A stretch of 64,000 nt of DNA, taken from the NCBI GenBank assembly GCA_964016885.1, contig OZ024749.1:49352001-49416000 (forward strand), given 5' to 3'. Made by a program: the position numbers and the translations under genes. This stretch comes from Eledone cirrhosa. Lineage: Eukaryota. Shown piece by piece: positions 14,526 to 27,360 of this stretch; positions within the stretch are counted from its first letter, which is position 1, and every line of letters begins with the position of its first letter. The notes beneath the pieces are model-generated. The model searched no databases. It worked only from the letters and a program-made list of their open reading frames with translations, and was not told the origin of the DNA.

Positions 14526-15452
14526 GTTTGAAAATAACCAAACGAAAGTTGTATTAGGAAAATATGATTTTAAAAATATCCATGTCCGTGCTAAAGGACA
14601 TTGCGTAAGTAGGAACATAACATTTGTTAAATGCTGGCATTTTCTTTAAATATTTAAGGCCAACGATAAGACTGATATTAGTTTCAATACGTATACCTAC
14701 TAACAGACAATTCAATCATATTGACAAAGATTGATTTTAGTCAACCTGATAGGAACTGTATGAATAATAGATAAACGATTCAATATTAATTAGCTAATTT
14801 CCTTTATGTATTGGCATTTTTTAGACAGACTTAGTGAATTATTCTTTTTTTGCTGTATATGAAGTTTAACAGGTAAAATATATTGCTATCATTTTGATTT
14901 TCTCGATGTTAATATTTGGCTGCTTTCAAATATTAATGTTTGCATATGTTGTATGTTAATGAACGATGCTACTACAGAAGGTGAATTATATTTAAGTTTA
15001 TATCATAGTTAAGTAATAATAATCAATTACGATCGTTTTCCATGCAGCATTGAGGTTAGTGTCTGCACTAGGTGCTTTTTGACAATTTCCAAGAATAACT
15101 TTTAACCTTGTAAACATGGACATAAACTATCTAATCAAATGTATATTCAAATAGAAAATAAGAAAGAAAAACGAAATAAAAAGTTAAACAAAAGAAGACG
15201 AAGAAGACGAAGTGGGGGGGAGACGAACAAAAAGGGTCGAGATGGAGAAGATGACGATAAAGAAGAAATTCGTCAATGCCTTAAAAATCAAATATGCTCA
15301 GAAATATGTTGATACACGCTGACAAGGAGGTCAATTTCAATTGAGCAGATATTATAGTCACAGACCATGAAAAGGGATTTCGTTCGACGACATATCACCC
15401 GTTCCAAGCTACCGTCCCATAATTATAATAATGATAATAATATTATAATAAT

Positions 15453-15644
15453 AATAATCGTTTCTACTTTTAGGCACAGGACCAGCAATTAACCAGTGCA
15501 TTACTGGTACTTTATTTTAACGACCCCGTAAGGATGAAAGGCAAAGTCAACCTCGGCGGAATTTGAACTCAGATCGTAGAGGGACGTAACTATGCTGGAA
15601 AGCATGGCGTCCAACCCTCTACCGATACTGCCAATCCACCGCCC
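15453..15644 (-). mobile_element. tRNA-derived SINE, full length
   Basis: Near-consensus copy whose tail merges into an (AAT)n tract. Confidence 0.9.
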
Positions 15645-15664
15645 TTAATATTAATAATAATAAT

Positions 15665-15700
<36 letters not shown>

Positions 15701-16802
15701 TACAATAAGGATATTAATTTCAGTTTTCGACGGATGTTGTGGCACAATTACTCTAACACAGAAAATCCTATTCATATATATTCAGGGAATGTACTGTCAG
15801 TCAGAAGTCCATGTTATCCAAAAGGCGTCACATATGTGATAGTGATCTATGTCAAATGCGTAATCAGATAGATCTATAGATAGAATGCTTGTTAGATTAA
15901 TATAGTAAAATATATATATATATAGTATATTTCAGTAGTTAAAGCCTCTCAATTTCGTGCATGAAATAATTATTTTGCTCTCATATGAAACTATATGTTT
16001 TTAAATCACTGATGTAGCTTCTAATATATTTATAAATAATATATACATTGTGGCATTGCATGTATATACATATATTTCTATATTTATAATGTATAACCCA
16101 CATACATACATAAACTATCTCACACTATACATTTTAAATATAAATCATCACAGGAAGAAATGTCCTAGTTCAATATTATATACGTTTCTTCTGATAAATG
16201 ACATTGCGATACTTACTCATGTTAATAGAAACCTAAATATGATGGCATTTCGTGTTCTTTTTTAAAAATATATACCTATAGATATCCCCATTCTAAAACC
16301 ATCTAACAATCTACTTCATTGGCCTCTTTATAATATTTTGTCTGACCTTTACTTGAACAAAGCATAAGACTCACTCGTAGAGAATTGTGGGTTATATATG
16401 ACCACAACCAATGATCTCTTGTAGATATTTATTTCAAATATAGCTTTTTCTATGAAAGATATTTCAATAGATGCTTAATTCATAGCTGCCTATTTGTCAT
16501 ATGTATATGTTGCGTTAGTCAATAAATCAGCCGTACTGTGCAGAATACTTACTTATGTAACATTTACTCTATTTCATTTGAAGATATATCTATGTCGGTT
16601 TTTATATGAGATTATTTGTTTGGGTTCGTCGATAAGATTGAATTTATCCACATGTATAGTGCATTTAAAGGTGAGACAGGGGAACACACACACACACATA
16701 TATATATGTGTGTGTGTGTGTGAGTGTGGAGGTGGGATATACATTTATATATATATATATATATACACATATTTATATATATATATACATGTATATATAT
16801 AT

Positions 16803-16881
16803 ATTTATTAAAATAACAGATTAAAGTTTAAGCTAAGAATCGCTGCTTTCACACTTAACGGGATCTTCTGAATCTAACAAT
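16803..16881 (-). mobile_element. H7 end fragment in (TA)n
   Basis: atttattaaaataacagattaaagtttaagc...cgctgctttcacacttaacgggatcttctg. Confidence 0.75.
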
Positions 16882-16892
16882 ATATATATATG

Positions 16893-16925
<33 letters not shown>

Positions 16926-18198
16926 TGTATATCTATATAAATATCATATATATAGTATAAAGAACCAGGAAACCACAATTTATTAACATATTACATATGT
17001 CTCTCTGTCGATCAGCTCGAGGCAGGATCTGTGCAGATCGAACCCGACTCTGCATTTCTTCTTTATACTAGTATACTCTGCTCCACGCGAGCATCGAGTT
17101 CTCAACCGGCATACCACCTACGGACGCATTTACCTGTATCCCTACAGTAACGTAATTTATAACCTGTATTTTGGTGTACTTTTAGTAGGTTAACATAACT
17201 TGGATCGCTATATGTAATACCTAATTTTTGATATAGATATCTGTCTTTCGTAGAAAGGACTCCTTGTATATTTCCCCCACCAATAGTCCTAGAACAAACT
17301 TTTCACATTATACATATTTGTGAAGCAATGTCACAGGTGTTGAAGTTGATGACTCTTGAGTAAATATATCTGAGTTCTGTTTTCTGGTGTCCTAACTTCT
17401 ACTGTTCAATTGAATGAGAGAGAAACTAAAGGAAACAAGAGTTTTTAATGCAAATATACATACATTTGACGTCGAGAAACGATCGTCTCCTATATGAAGA
17501 CCATGCAAATATTATTTTTAATGGTGAAGTTATTTCGGTGTTGTTTCTTTTTTTGTTTACAATCGATCATATAATTCCTCCGATATTTAGAAAACTGAAG
17601 GAGATTACTATTTACATTTATACCACAGAGGATTTAATATAATCATCATTGATTCAATACTTTCGGCGGGCTTTACTTTTTCTCATCATAAATGATATAA
17701 AATACATTAAAATATTGAACCAGAATACATATAAGGAAAATGATCTGAATATTTACATTCGATGTTGTTTACGTCCTACGTGTCCTTAAGCAAATTTAAA
17801 GAAGTTATATATGTGTGAATATCTTTCACGTTTTACTTATCCCCATCCTGTCATGATATAATACACATTCTGTACTGGAATGAAGTTTCCAAGCAAATAG
17901 TGTGAAGAGAATAGAATTTTTGTTCGAATATCTTTTTTTTTTTCACATCAGTATTTTATTGGTGCGTTGCATTGGACACAAGTTATGTTTAAAATAGTAA
18001 AGTACGGCGTAACGGCGCTTTCAAAAAAAGGTGTATCGATTTTTCTTTTATTTGCAAATACACTTTGGTCACATGATAATTGTTTGAATGTCACTGCTGA
18101 ACATAACATATAACATAGCGTGATGTCTAGTAACAGTAAATAGAGAACAGCTGGCTTAGTACGTCTGTATACTTAATGAGAATTCACAACATATGGAC

Positions 18199-18244
<46 letters not shown>

Positions 18245-18832
18245 CTAAGTACAACATCAACAGCATGCCACTATTTCTATATTCCTAACAACTGGCAACG
18301 TAAAAGACAGTGACTAGTAGTATTGTTAGTGTAGCCGATGTTATAATTAGATATATCGCATTACTTTTCGTGTTTAAATCATACGTTATAACATCATGAG
18401 TTAGAATCCTCTTATTAACAGTACTATGTTCGTTACAATTGTGACCCAGTATAAGAAGTATTAGTATTAATTAGATATAGTAAGCCGTAAAGCAATATAG
18501 GGCGTAATTAATTGAAATCCCACAGGGATAATATATGTATTTGAGAAAACATCAAGGAATGTTTAATCTGCAATAAGTAAAAAGGTTAATTCCTCTGAAT
18601 ATATTAGAGAAAATATTTTCTGAAGTGATATATTTGTTTTGAATTTATGTTGCGTGAAAAACTTAGATATAATTCTAATGTTTCACTCATAAAGCGATAG
18701 TTATGTCTAAACGGAAGAAGTTCAGTATCTCTCATGAGTGATACATGATACGCGGAATGATACGAAAATAATCATGGGAATTTAATGAGTTATGTGATAC
18801 CGCATGAATATGCAACTAGGTAAACAAATATG

Positions 18833-19695
<863 letters not shown>

Positions 19696-19699
19696 CTAC

Positions 19700-19892
19700 A
19701 TAGGAACAAGTATGACCCCGATGGCAGAGCTCAAGCCGTTTCGACGGCTATTTCTGGACTCAGAAATACCCGTCGAAACGGCTTCAGCTCTGCCGCCGGG
19801 GTCATACTTTTTCCTATTACCCACTCTGCTACCCTAATTATTGAATACTCTAGTACGTTATGATCCATTTGTTCTTTACCACAATTCCATTG

Positions 19893-19893
<1 letters not shown>
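19700..19893 (+). mobile_element. Hairpin-headed TA-inserted repeat family A (best copy)
   Basis: ~56-bp-arm hairpin 19701-19816 centred on gact, followed by a ~78-bp tail (ttacccactctgctaccctaa...cgttatgatcca...). Confidence 0.8.
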
Positions 19894-19930
<37 letters not shown>

Positions 19931-19934
<4 letters not shown>

Positions 19935-20439
19935 TTTCTGAATTTGTTTAGCAAGATACTTTATCTGAAAACGTGTGTTGAAACCGATATTGTTATGCTT
20001 TGGGAGGGTCATGTTGCCAATACGAAACACACTCACCAGTTCGCTTTCACTCCAATTTATTATAAATTAAATTTATAAATTTAAGAATTTATTAATTTCC
20101 GGTTGATTGTTCCCATAACCGGACGGTTGTTCATGTATTGTCAAAGTTCTTTCGTCAACATTGTGTGACCTCTTCAGTGATTGGGGATTATTTTCTTTAT
20201 TTTGTGCCATCTCCTTTATTCTGTCCTACGCTATCTTGTTTTTGTGTGTGTTGTGTGCTTAATTTCCGCATGTGTTACATCCGGGTGTATGTGTGTGTTT
20301 TTATTTGTTTATTTATTTTTTTATTTACATGTTACTAGTTAGTTTTTAGTTCTATGTGTGTGTGTGTTTTCATTTTGTCGTTAATTGTAAGTTGTGATGT
20401 TGCTATTCCATTCATGTTTTCTATTTAATTTTGGTTGGA
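19931..20439 (-). mobile_element. 3' UTR / pseudo-LTR of the second PLE, ending in a (TA)n tract
   Basis: CA-rich on the element strand. The terminal motif 'tttgggagggtcatgttgccaata' recurs as solo fragments at about 8240-8355, 10561-10616, 41575-41660 and 42780-42805, mostly adjacent to TA tracts. Confidence 0.7.
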
Positions 20440-21260
20440 GTTCATTTATGTTTATTGCCTATGTGATTTGTCTAAACATTGCGTCTTCTTCTGTGTGTAG
20501 ATTCTATTTTTATTTCTCTGTTCTCTAATGTGCCCTTATGTTCTATTTTAGCATGTTGGTAGAGTATTGATGATTCTTTTTTATCTTGAAATTCTCGCCA
20601 GTGTTCATTTAACCGTTCCCATATGCTACGAGCTGTCTCACCTATGTACACTATATTCTTATCTTTACATTGTCTTTCAGTATATCTTATGCTATATACT
20701 ACATTTCTAGTTTCACAGTTAATATGGGGGATTAGTTTACAGATTATGCAACTCTTATCTATACAGGGAGGTCTTTGAAAAGGTTATGTATTGCTAATAA
20801 GTGCTTTTATGGAGGTACCTGATCTTTCTACTACCTTAAAATTAAGTTTATGTTTATCTTGGGCCCTTCTAAATGTGTAAGCTAATTCACCTCTAGGGGT
20901 TGTATTGATGAACATTACACTCTGGGATATATTGCTATTATACCAGGAGTTTATTCTATTAACCTTATTCCTAGTTCTTTCTATTCTATTCCAAAATGTG
21001 CTCCTGTAAAAGGGGCAGGTCCCATTTGTATCATTATTTACCATTTTTTCCCCCATGTGGTTCTGGCTCCCCTATATAATCTAATTTTATCTCTCTGATT
21101 GTAACCAGAGAACTACATACGGTGGATGAAGTTTTGTATGTGTATCTCTAGTTATTTGGTGTTGCACATGCAGGACACGTTTCTCATCACCCGTACCAAA
21201 TCCGCAAACAGTATGTTGATTTTGGTGTGATCCGAAACAGCTGAGTTTCGGCGGATCAGA
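20440..21260 (-). pseudogene. Second, unrelated 5'-truncated Penelope-like element ORF (RT thumb plus GIY-YIG), disrupted
   Basis: Minus-strand translation: IRRNSAVSDHTKINILFADLVRVMRNVS...FIHRM*FSGYNQRDK..., GTCPFYRSTFWNRIERTRNK...WYN...SVMFINTTPRGEL...KVVERSGTSIKALI, then CIICKLIPHINCETRNVVYSIRYTERQCKDKNIVYIGETARSIWERLNEHWREFQDKKESSILYQHAKIEH (GIY-YIG with Cys/His motif). Contains several stops and frameshifts. Confidence 0.92.
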
Positions 21261-21563
21261 TATTTGGAAGTCAATTTGATCTTGAAGAGGAATGCTTTTG
21301 TTTTAAAGTACTATTTGATGACGTGACCTTTTGCTTAACTATATTGAGTATTTTACAATTAAATAATATTCCCGAGAAAAAAAGAAAAATATTAAATAAT
21401 AAATCCAATTTGGATAGATAATTAATACTAAAATATAATGGAAAGGTAATGTAGGTTTTCAGAAATGCAGATAACGGTGAGGTATATTTTATTTACTTTG
21501 CAGAAGTTGATAATCCGTTTTACGACACAAAGTGAACTTAATGCCCTGTGGTATATTATTAAT

Positions 21564-21669
21564 GAGAAACTCACAAAATATCATGTGATATTCTATATAT
21601 GTGAAACTCACATAATATCATGTGATAAACTATAAATGTGAAACTCACATTTATAGTATATCACATGAT
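21564..21669. repeat. 37-bp tandem repeat (about 2.5 units) ending in a fold-back hairpin
   Basis: gaaactcac at 21566, 21603 and 21640; 21617-21669 is an imperfect palindrome. Confidence 0.8.
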
Positions 21670-21993
21670 AGTATAACCATGGAAACTGAAATAGTCTTGC
21701 TAATTTCATATAGATATCGGTCAAAATGTAGTATTAAACAGCACTACATTTGTGTATGTGTCACTGTCTCCGCCACTATGCCAATCAGCGTGTTAGTACG
21801 TGTTTGTGTGTGTGTATGTGTGTGGGTGTGTGCTTGAGCGTGAGTGTGTATATATATGTGTGTGTGTGTGCGTGTGTATGTGTGTGTGTTTGAGCGTGAG
21901 TGTGTGTGTGTGTGATTTGGAGTTAGGAATCTGTTTTAATCTGAGTTGATTGTTTTGTAGTGTTTTCTAATGTGCAATCATTATTATCAATCA

Positions 21994-22130
21994 TACGTCC
22001 CTTTACGATCTGAGTTCAAATCCCGCCGAGGTTGACTTTGCCTTTCATCCTTACGGGGTCGATAAAATAAAGTACCAGTAATGCACTGGATAATTGCTGG
22101 CCTTGTGCCTAAAGTAGAAACAATTATTAT
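21994..22130 (+). mobile_element. tRNA-derived SINE, 5'-truncated, with TSD
   Basis: Starts at tacgtccctttacgatctgagttc; TSD attattatcaatcat at 21980-21994 and 22123-22137. Confidence 0.9.
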
Positions 22131-22136
22131 CAATCA

Positions 22137-22264
22137 TTGCCATTCTGAGTTCAAATCCCGCCGAGGTTAACTTTGCCTTTCATCCTTACGGGGTCGATAA
22201 CATAAATACCAGTAATACACTGGAGTAATAGCTGGCCTTGTGACAAAAGTAGAAACAATTATTA
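22137..22264 (+). mobile_element. tRNA-derived SINE, 5'-truncated, tandem to the previous copy
   Basis: Starts ttgccattctgagttcaaatcccgcc (variant subfamily) and runs to agaaacaattatt. Confidence 0.88.
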
Positions 22265-22590
22265 TCACTCAGGTAACATTACAGCAATGAATCTGAAATA
22301 TATTTTTAGAATATATTATGTGTAAATGCTAATGAATTGATTTTTAATGTAATTATGTCTAATTATGTACGAATTGATTTACAAACATTAAAAGTTATGG
22401 TTGCTTCAGTGTAACATCTGCTGGAAGGTGAAACAAGTTAATAACGTTCATTAGTTTTTTAACTGTTTCAGACATCTCCCTAAACAGACGGACATACACC
22501 CACGCACATATTTGCTACAACCCCCCTCCCCCATATCTATCTATCTCTATCTCTCTCTTTCTATACACACACACATATATATATATATAT

Positions 22591-22715
22591 ATAGGAACAA
22601 CTGTCGATACGACCGGAATTCAGCCGTCGTGGTCCTGCCTCTTTTCCTAACTCTACTACCCTAAGTAGTGAGCACTCTGGTGCATTATGTTCCACCTGCT
22701 TTCTTTCCACAATGT

Positions 22716-22722
<7 letters not shown>
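22591..22722 (+). mobile_element. Family A copy, internally deleted
   Basis: ataggaacaa...cagccgtcgtggtcct...ctactaccctaagtagtgagcactctggtgcattatg. Confidence 0.7.
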
Positions 22723-22805
<83 letters not shown>

Positions 22806-23910
22806 GCCAGATTACAATCACCAATGCCAGCAACAACAACTATCTGCCGCACATAATAGAACTGCTACTAGAGGAATTAGGCCATATGTGTATTGGGAAG
22901 TGAATAACACGCCCGACCGGTAACATGGAATTTTAAAACTCGTTTATATGTTTGTGTGAAGAGAACCAGTAAGGCAGTTATTATATAATTGCGTTATATC
23001 TTCGAAATACGTATAAAGAATAAAATAGGGATGTGACAATGAAACTGTCTCTCTTATTTTATATATATTTATATATATAGTTCGATAGGCATTGATATAA
23101 ACGGAAAACGTATACAAGTTATATGAGTAGAGGAACTGCATTATTTACACTTGTATATTCCGAATTTACGTTTGTGCATACTAGAATAAATAGACTGTAT
23201 TTCAAAAGCAGGAAGGATCCATTTCTTGAAAACAATGCTTACAAATGAAGATATAAAAGCAAGAGAGACTAAGAGGATAAACTAGTATGTTTAATATTAT
23301 CTATAGTTCTCGGCATTTTAGAAATATTTGCGGTCAGTATGATATACATTATCGAGTGCTGATATACATCTAAAAGAACGTGTGTTCGGTTGAGGGTTAT
23401 TGACACCATTTGGTGATGTGTTGTTTTCTCTGTCAGGAATAGGCGTGACGTGACTATATACATATGTCTCAGCCAGGCACAAAGTTTGCAATTACTAAGT
23501 CTCAATAAAAAAAAAGTACACACACTCACATTCACCGAACATGCACAATTTCTCACAAACAAAAACGTACATTAGATAAGGAGATAAATAATTATAATAT
23601 ATACAGAAAAACTAAAACTATGCATACATACATGTGCATATGTGTATGTATTAATATATCTATGTATTTATTTAGGCAGGCAGCCTTTAACAACATCACA
23701 TTGCATATGAACAGCAATATGGCTTACTCGATCAAATATGCTAACTTTTTTTTTGCTTGTTACTCTAAGCTATAGCAGAGTTTATCAAGTGGATACAGGA
23801 ACATAAGATCACAACCACAGATGTTCTGTTTACAGAGGAAGTAAACATGCACTGAGACGACCGAAGCTAAAGGTTGTGTTTTCTCTTATCTCCTATAAAT
23901 AAATAATATG

Positions 23911-23994
<84 letters not shown>

Positions 23995-24943
23995 GAATAT
24001 ACGTATATATATATGTATATATATGTATACATATATACATACTTATGTATGCAAGTTTGTGTATATATACGCAATGCGTTGCATATTACTGCATATACAC
24101 ATACACCCATTTGCCATCTGTAAAATTCAACATATGCTTATTGAATATCACTATAGAGATGATGTTCCACAGCTATACATTGTTGAACTTGTTTCCAGTA
24201 TCATATTATTTATTTAATGATATATTTTTTCATATTTATTTGCCCTACCACACAATCAAAATATGACTTATTTGTTTTAGGTATATAATTGTATTTTTTA
24301 TATACAGTTATTAGTTAAACTTCTGCAAAGCTTATATTATCTTTCAGAATAATATCCATAACAGAGCTATGTAATCTAATGGACTGTTACGTCACCTATT
24401 TTCCCTATATACTGAAGTCTTAGAAATACGTTGCTGGTTAACAATATGTTAACTCTATAACTGTGTCATATTATAATTCACACCTTTAAGAAATACAAAA
24501 TATACCTGTAATATACTCTCATATACGAGCATATTCCTAGGTTATTGCTCTCTCTGCGTCACATATATTTGTTTATAATGAATCAGATTTTACCTATTGT
24601 CTATCTAGATCTTCATGCTATGGAACGACATTTAGCGACTGTCAGAGCAGAAGCTATGTGATTCGGATTTAATATTATTTTAATAATAGCCGCCATATTG
24701 ATTGGTTATGTTGTTTTAGGCATGGTTTGAACTCGGATCATAAAATCTATCGTGATCCATGTGTTAGATACGTTGATGTTTCTGTAAAATCGCTGTCTTT
24801 AATATCACTTTACTCCCTGAAAAAAACATTTATGTGTTTCAGAATATATTCGAAAACATCTATGACCAATGCGAATGAACCGCGAATTTCAACACTCACA
24901 CACAGACACACACACGCACACACATACACAACACACCAACACC

Positions 24944-24991
<48 letters not shown>

Positions 24992-24992
24992 T

Positions 24993-25115
24993 ATAGGAAA
25001 ATAGTCAGGACACCGACGGCTGAGCTCCGACCGTTTCGACAGCTAGTGCATACTACCCAAAGTTTCGAATACTCCGGTGCGTTATGGTCCACCTGGTTTT
25101 TACAACACTCCTTCG

Positions 25116-25118
<3 letters not shown>
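24993..25118 (+). mobile_element. Family A copy, internally deleted
   Basis: ataggaaaatagtcaggacaccgacggctgagctccgaccgtttcgacagcta...tactccggtgcgttatggtcc. Confidence 0.72.
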
Positions 25119-25172
<54 letters not shown>

Positions 25173-25208
25173 CCACACACACATATATATATATATAGAG
25201 AGAGAGAG

Positions 25209-25357
25209 AGAAATAGTAACACAACAGTTAGCTCACCATACCGAGAACAATTGTATCACCTTAAGAGCATCTTCAGCTCGGAGACCGAGCTGAAGATCCA
25301 CTTAAGGTGAAACAATTGTTCTCGGTATGGTGAACTGACTGTTGTGTTACTACTTCT
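25209..25357. repeat. ~70-bp-arm palindrome made of two head-to-head hammerhead-like units (family H3)
   Basis: Arms 25214-25281 and 25285-25352 with loop aga. The + arm reads accgag|CTGAAGA|tccacttaaggt|GAAA|caattg|TT|ctcggt; the - arm has GATA in place of GAAA. Confidence 0.8.
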
Positions 25358-25412
25358 AGCAAACTCATCCCATGGACTGAATGCTTTACCACTACGGATA
25401 TTACCTTCCAGT

Positions 25413-25560
<148 letters not shown>

Positions 25561-25619
25561 ATATATATATATATTAAAATATAAATATTAATAAAATAGA
25601 TGTTCTTTTGATCAATTAC

Positions 25620-25672
25620 ATTTTCTTATACATATTTCGGAATTACAACAGTACGCCCTCATCAGACAAAAC
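25620..25672 (-). ncRNA. Type-I hammerhead motif (family H4)
   Basis: Minus strand gttttgt|CTGATGA|gggcgtactgttgtaattcc|GAAA|tatgta|TA|agaaaat, followed by an AT-rich tail running into (TA)n. Confidence 0.65.
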
Positions 25673-25987
25673 ATAATGATACATGACATACCCTGAGATG
25701 TTAAATGGTTAAGATTTAATATATATATATATATATATATATGGGTAACGTACTCAAGAAGGCGTACATATTTTATATCAACGTCTCATTTGCATATATA
25801 CACAGAAGTGCTGATATTTCATCCATAGGTTTAAAAAAAAAGTAAGTCTAACTAGCTTAGACATAAACTCTAGTGAACCAAACTTTCTTTGGTATTTAAC
25901 GTGAGTCATAACAGTTTATTATTCGTTGAGATCTTTAAGATTCAATATTAGAGAGGAGCATATATATATATATATATAGTTAAAAGA

Positions 25988-26055
<68 letters not shown>

Positions 26056-26209
26056 TTTGTGTGTGCCTTTGTGTGTATGTGTGTGTGTTTCTGTACGTGT
26101 GCAAGTGTATATGTGTAGGTACATACATATATTTATATATATATATTAATATATATATATATATATATATACATATATTTACATACATAAATACGTAGTT
26201 ACATATATG

Positions 26210-26316
<107 letters not shown>

Positions 26317-27219
26317 TATACACCTAATTACATATTTATTCAAATGAATGTTTCAAAGGTGAATGTAAATATATATTATTTAAATGAAAATATTAAATCA
26401 GAACACGATAAACTAATTGTGTTCGTGTATTCCCAGAAGGAATTTTGTAAAAGTTTTATTCATTTGTAAATTATGATTTTATTTTATTTTCTTTTGCTTG
26501 GATTTATCTTTATATTGACGTGGCAATAGGTGTATGTTTATTGGAATTTATGTTTATATTTCCTCACATATAAATATATAAATGTGTATCTGCCATTATA
26601 CATAATGCATATCTACACCTGTTAAATTATTTTAACATTTTTCTAACATTGAAAAAAATTATAATGTCCATGCATGTAGTGTGTTTATGTATATGAGTAT
26701 ATTTATTTGTGCTTTGATATACTTTATTTCGCAAAGTGATTGTATGTAGATAGATACAATCATTTCAAGCAAATATCATGAAACATTATGTTTTCACGTA
26801 AGCATTATAGCTACATATGTTTGTTTCTCTGAATATTATTTATTTTGCACTGAAACACAGCATGGACATTAGCACATGCACCATGTATATATAAGCGCGT
26901 TTAATGTTGAATATTTTATTAGAACTGATATTTTTTTCATCGGGAGATATATTAATATTTTACATCTTAATAGTAGTAACCTTACATGAAAACATAGATG
27001 GATAGAAGAATTGCATAATACTTGGCAAAATATATAACTATTTCTTAGAAGAAAATAAATGAAATATGCTCGAAATGGTATATACTCTAAACACAAGATT
27101 CATACACCATTTGTTGCATAGATAATACATTTGCTATCGTGTAGGAGGTCTGCTCCGATAGAAGATTTAATGACCAAAGAGATTCGAGCCATGTCCAACC
27201 AACTACTTTTGTTTGTACA

Positions 27220-27360
27220 TATCGGTAGAGGGTCGGACGCCTTGCTTTCAAATCCCGCCGAGATTAACTTTGCCTTTCATCGTTACGGGGTCGATCAAAT
27301 AAAGTAACAGCAATGCACTGGGTAATTGCTGGCCTTGTGCGAAAATTAGAAACAATTATT
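27220..27360 (+). mobile_element. tRNA-derived SINE with internal deletion
   Basis: atcggtagagggtcggacgcc[del]tcaaatcccgccgag...agaaacaattatt. Confidence 0.87.

Noticed and set aside
24605-24800. Possible small exons after tctag and ttttag acceptors
   Set aside because: No recognisable protein similarity, weak donor sites and no consistent reading frame.
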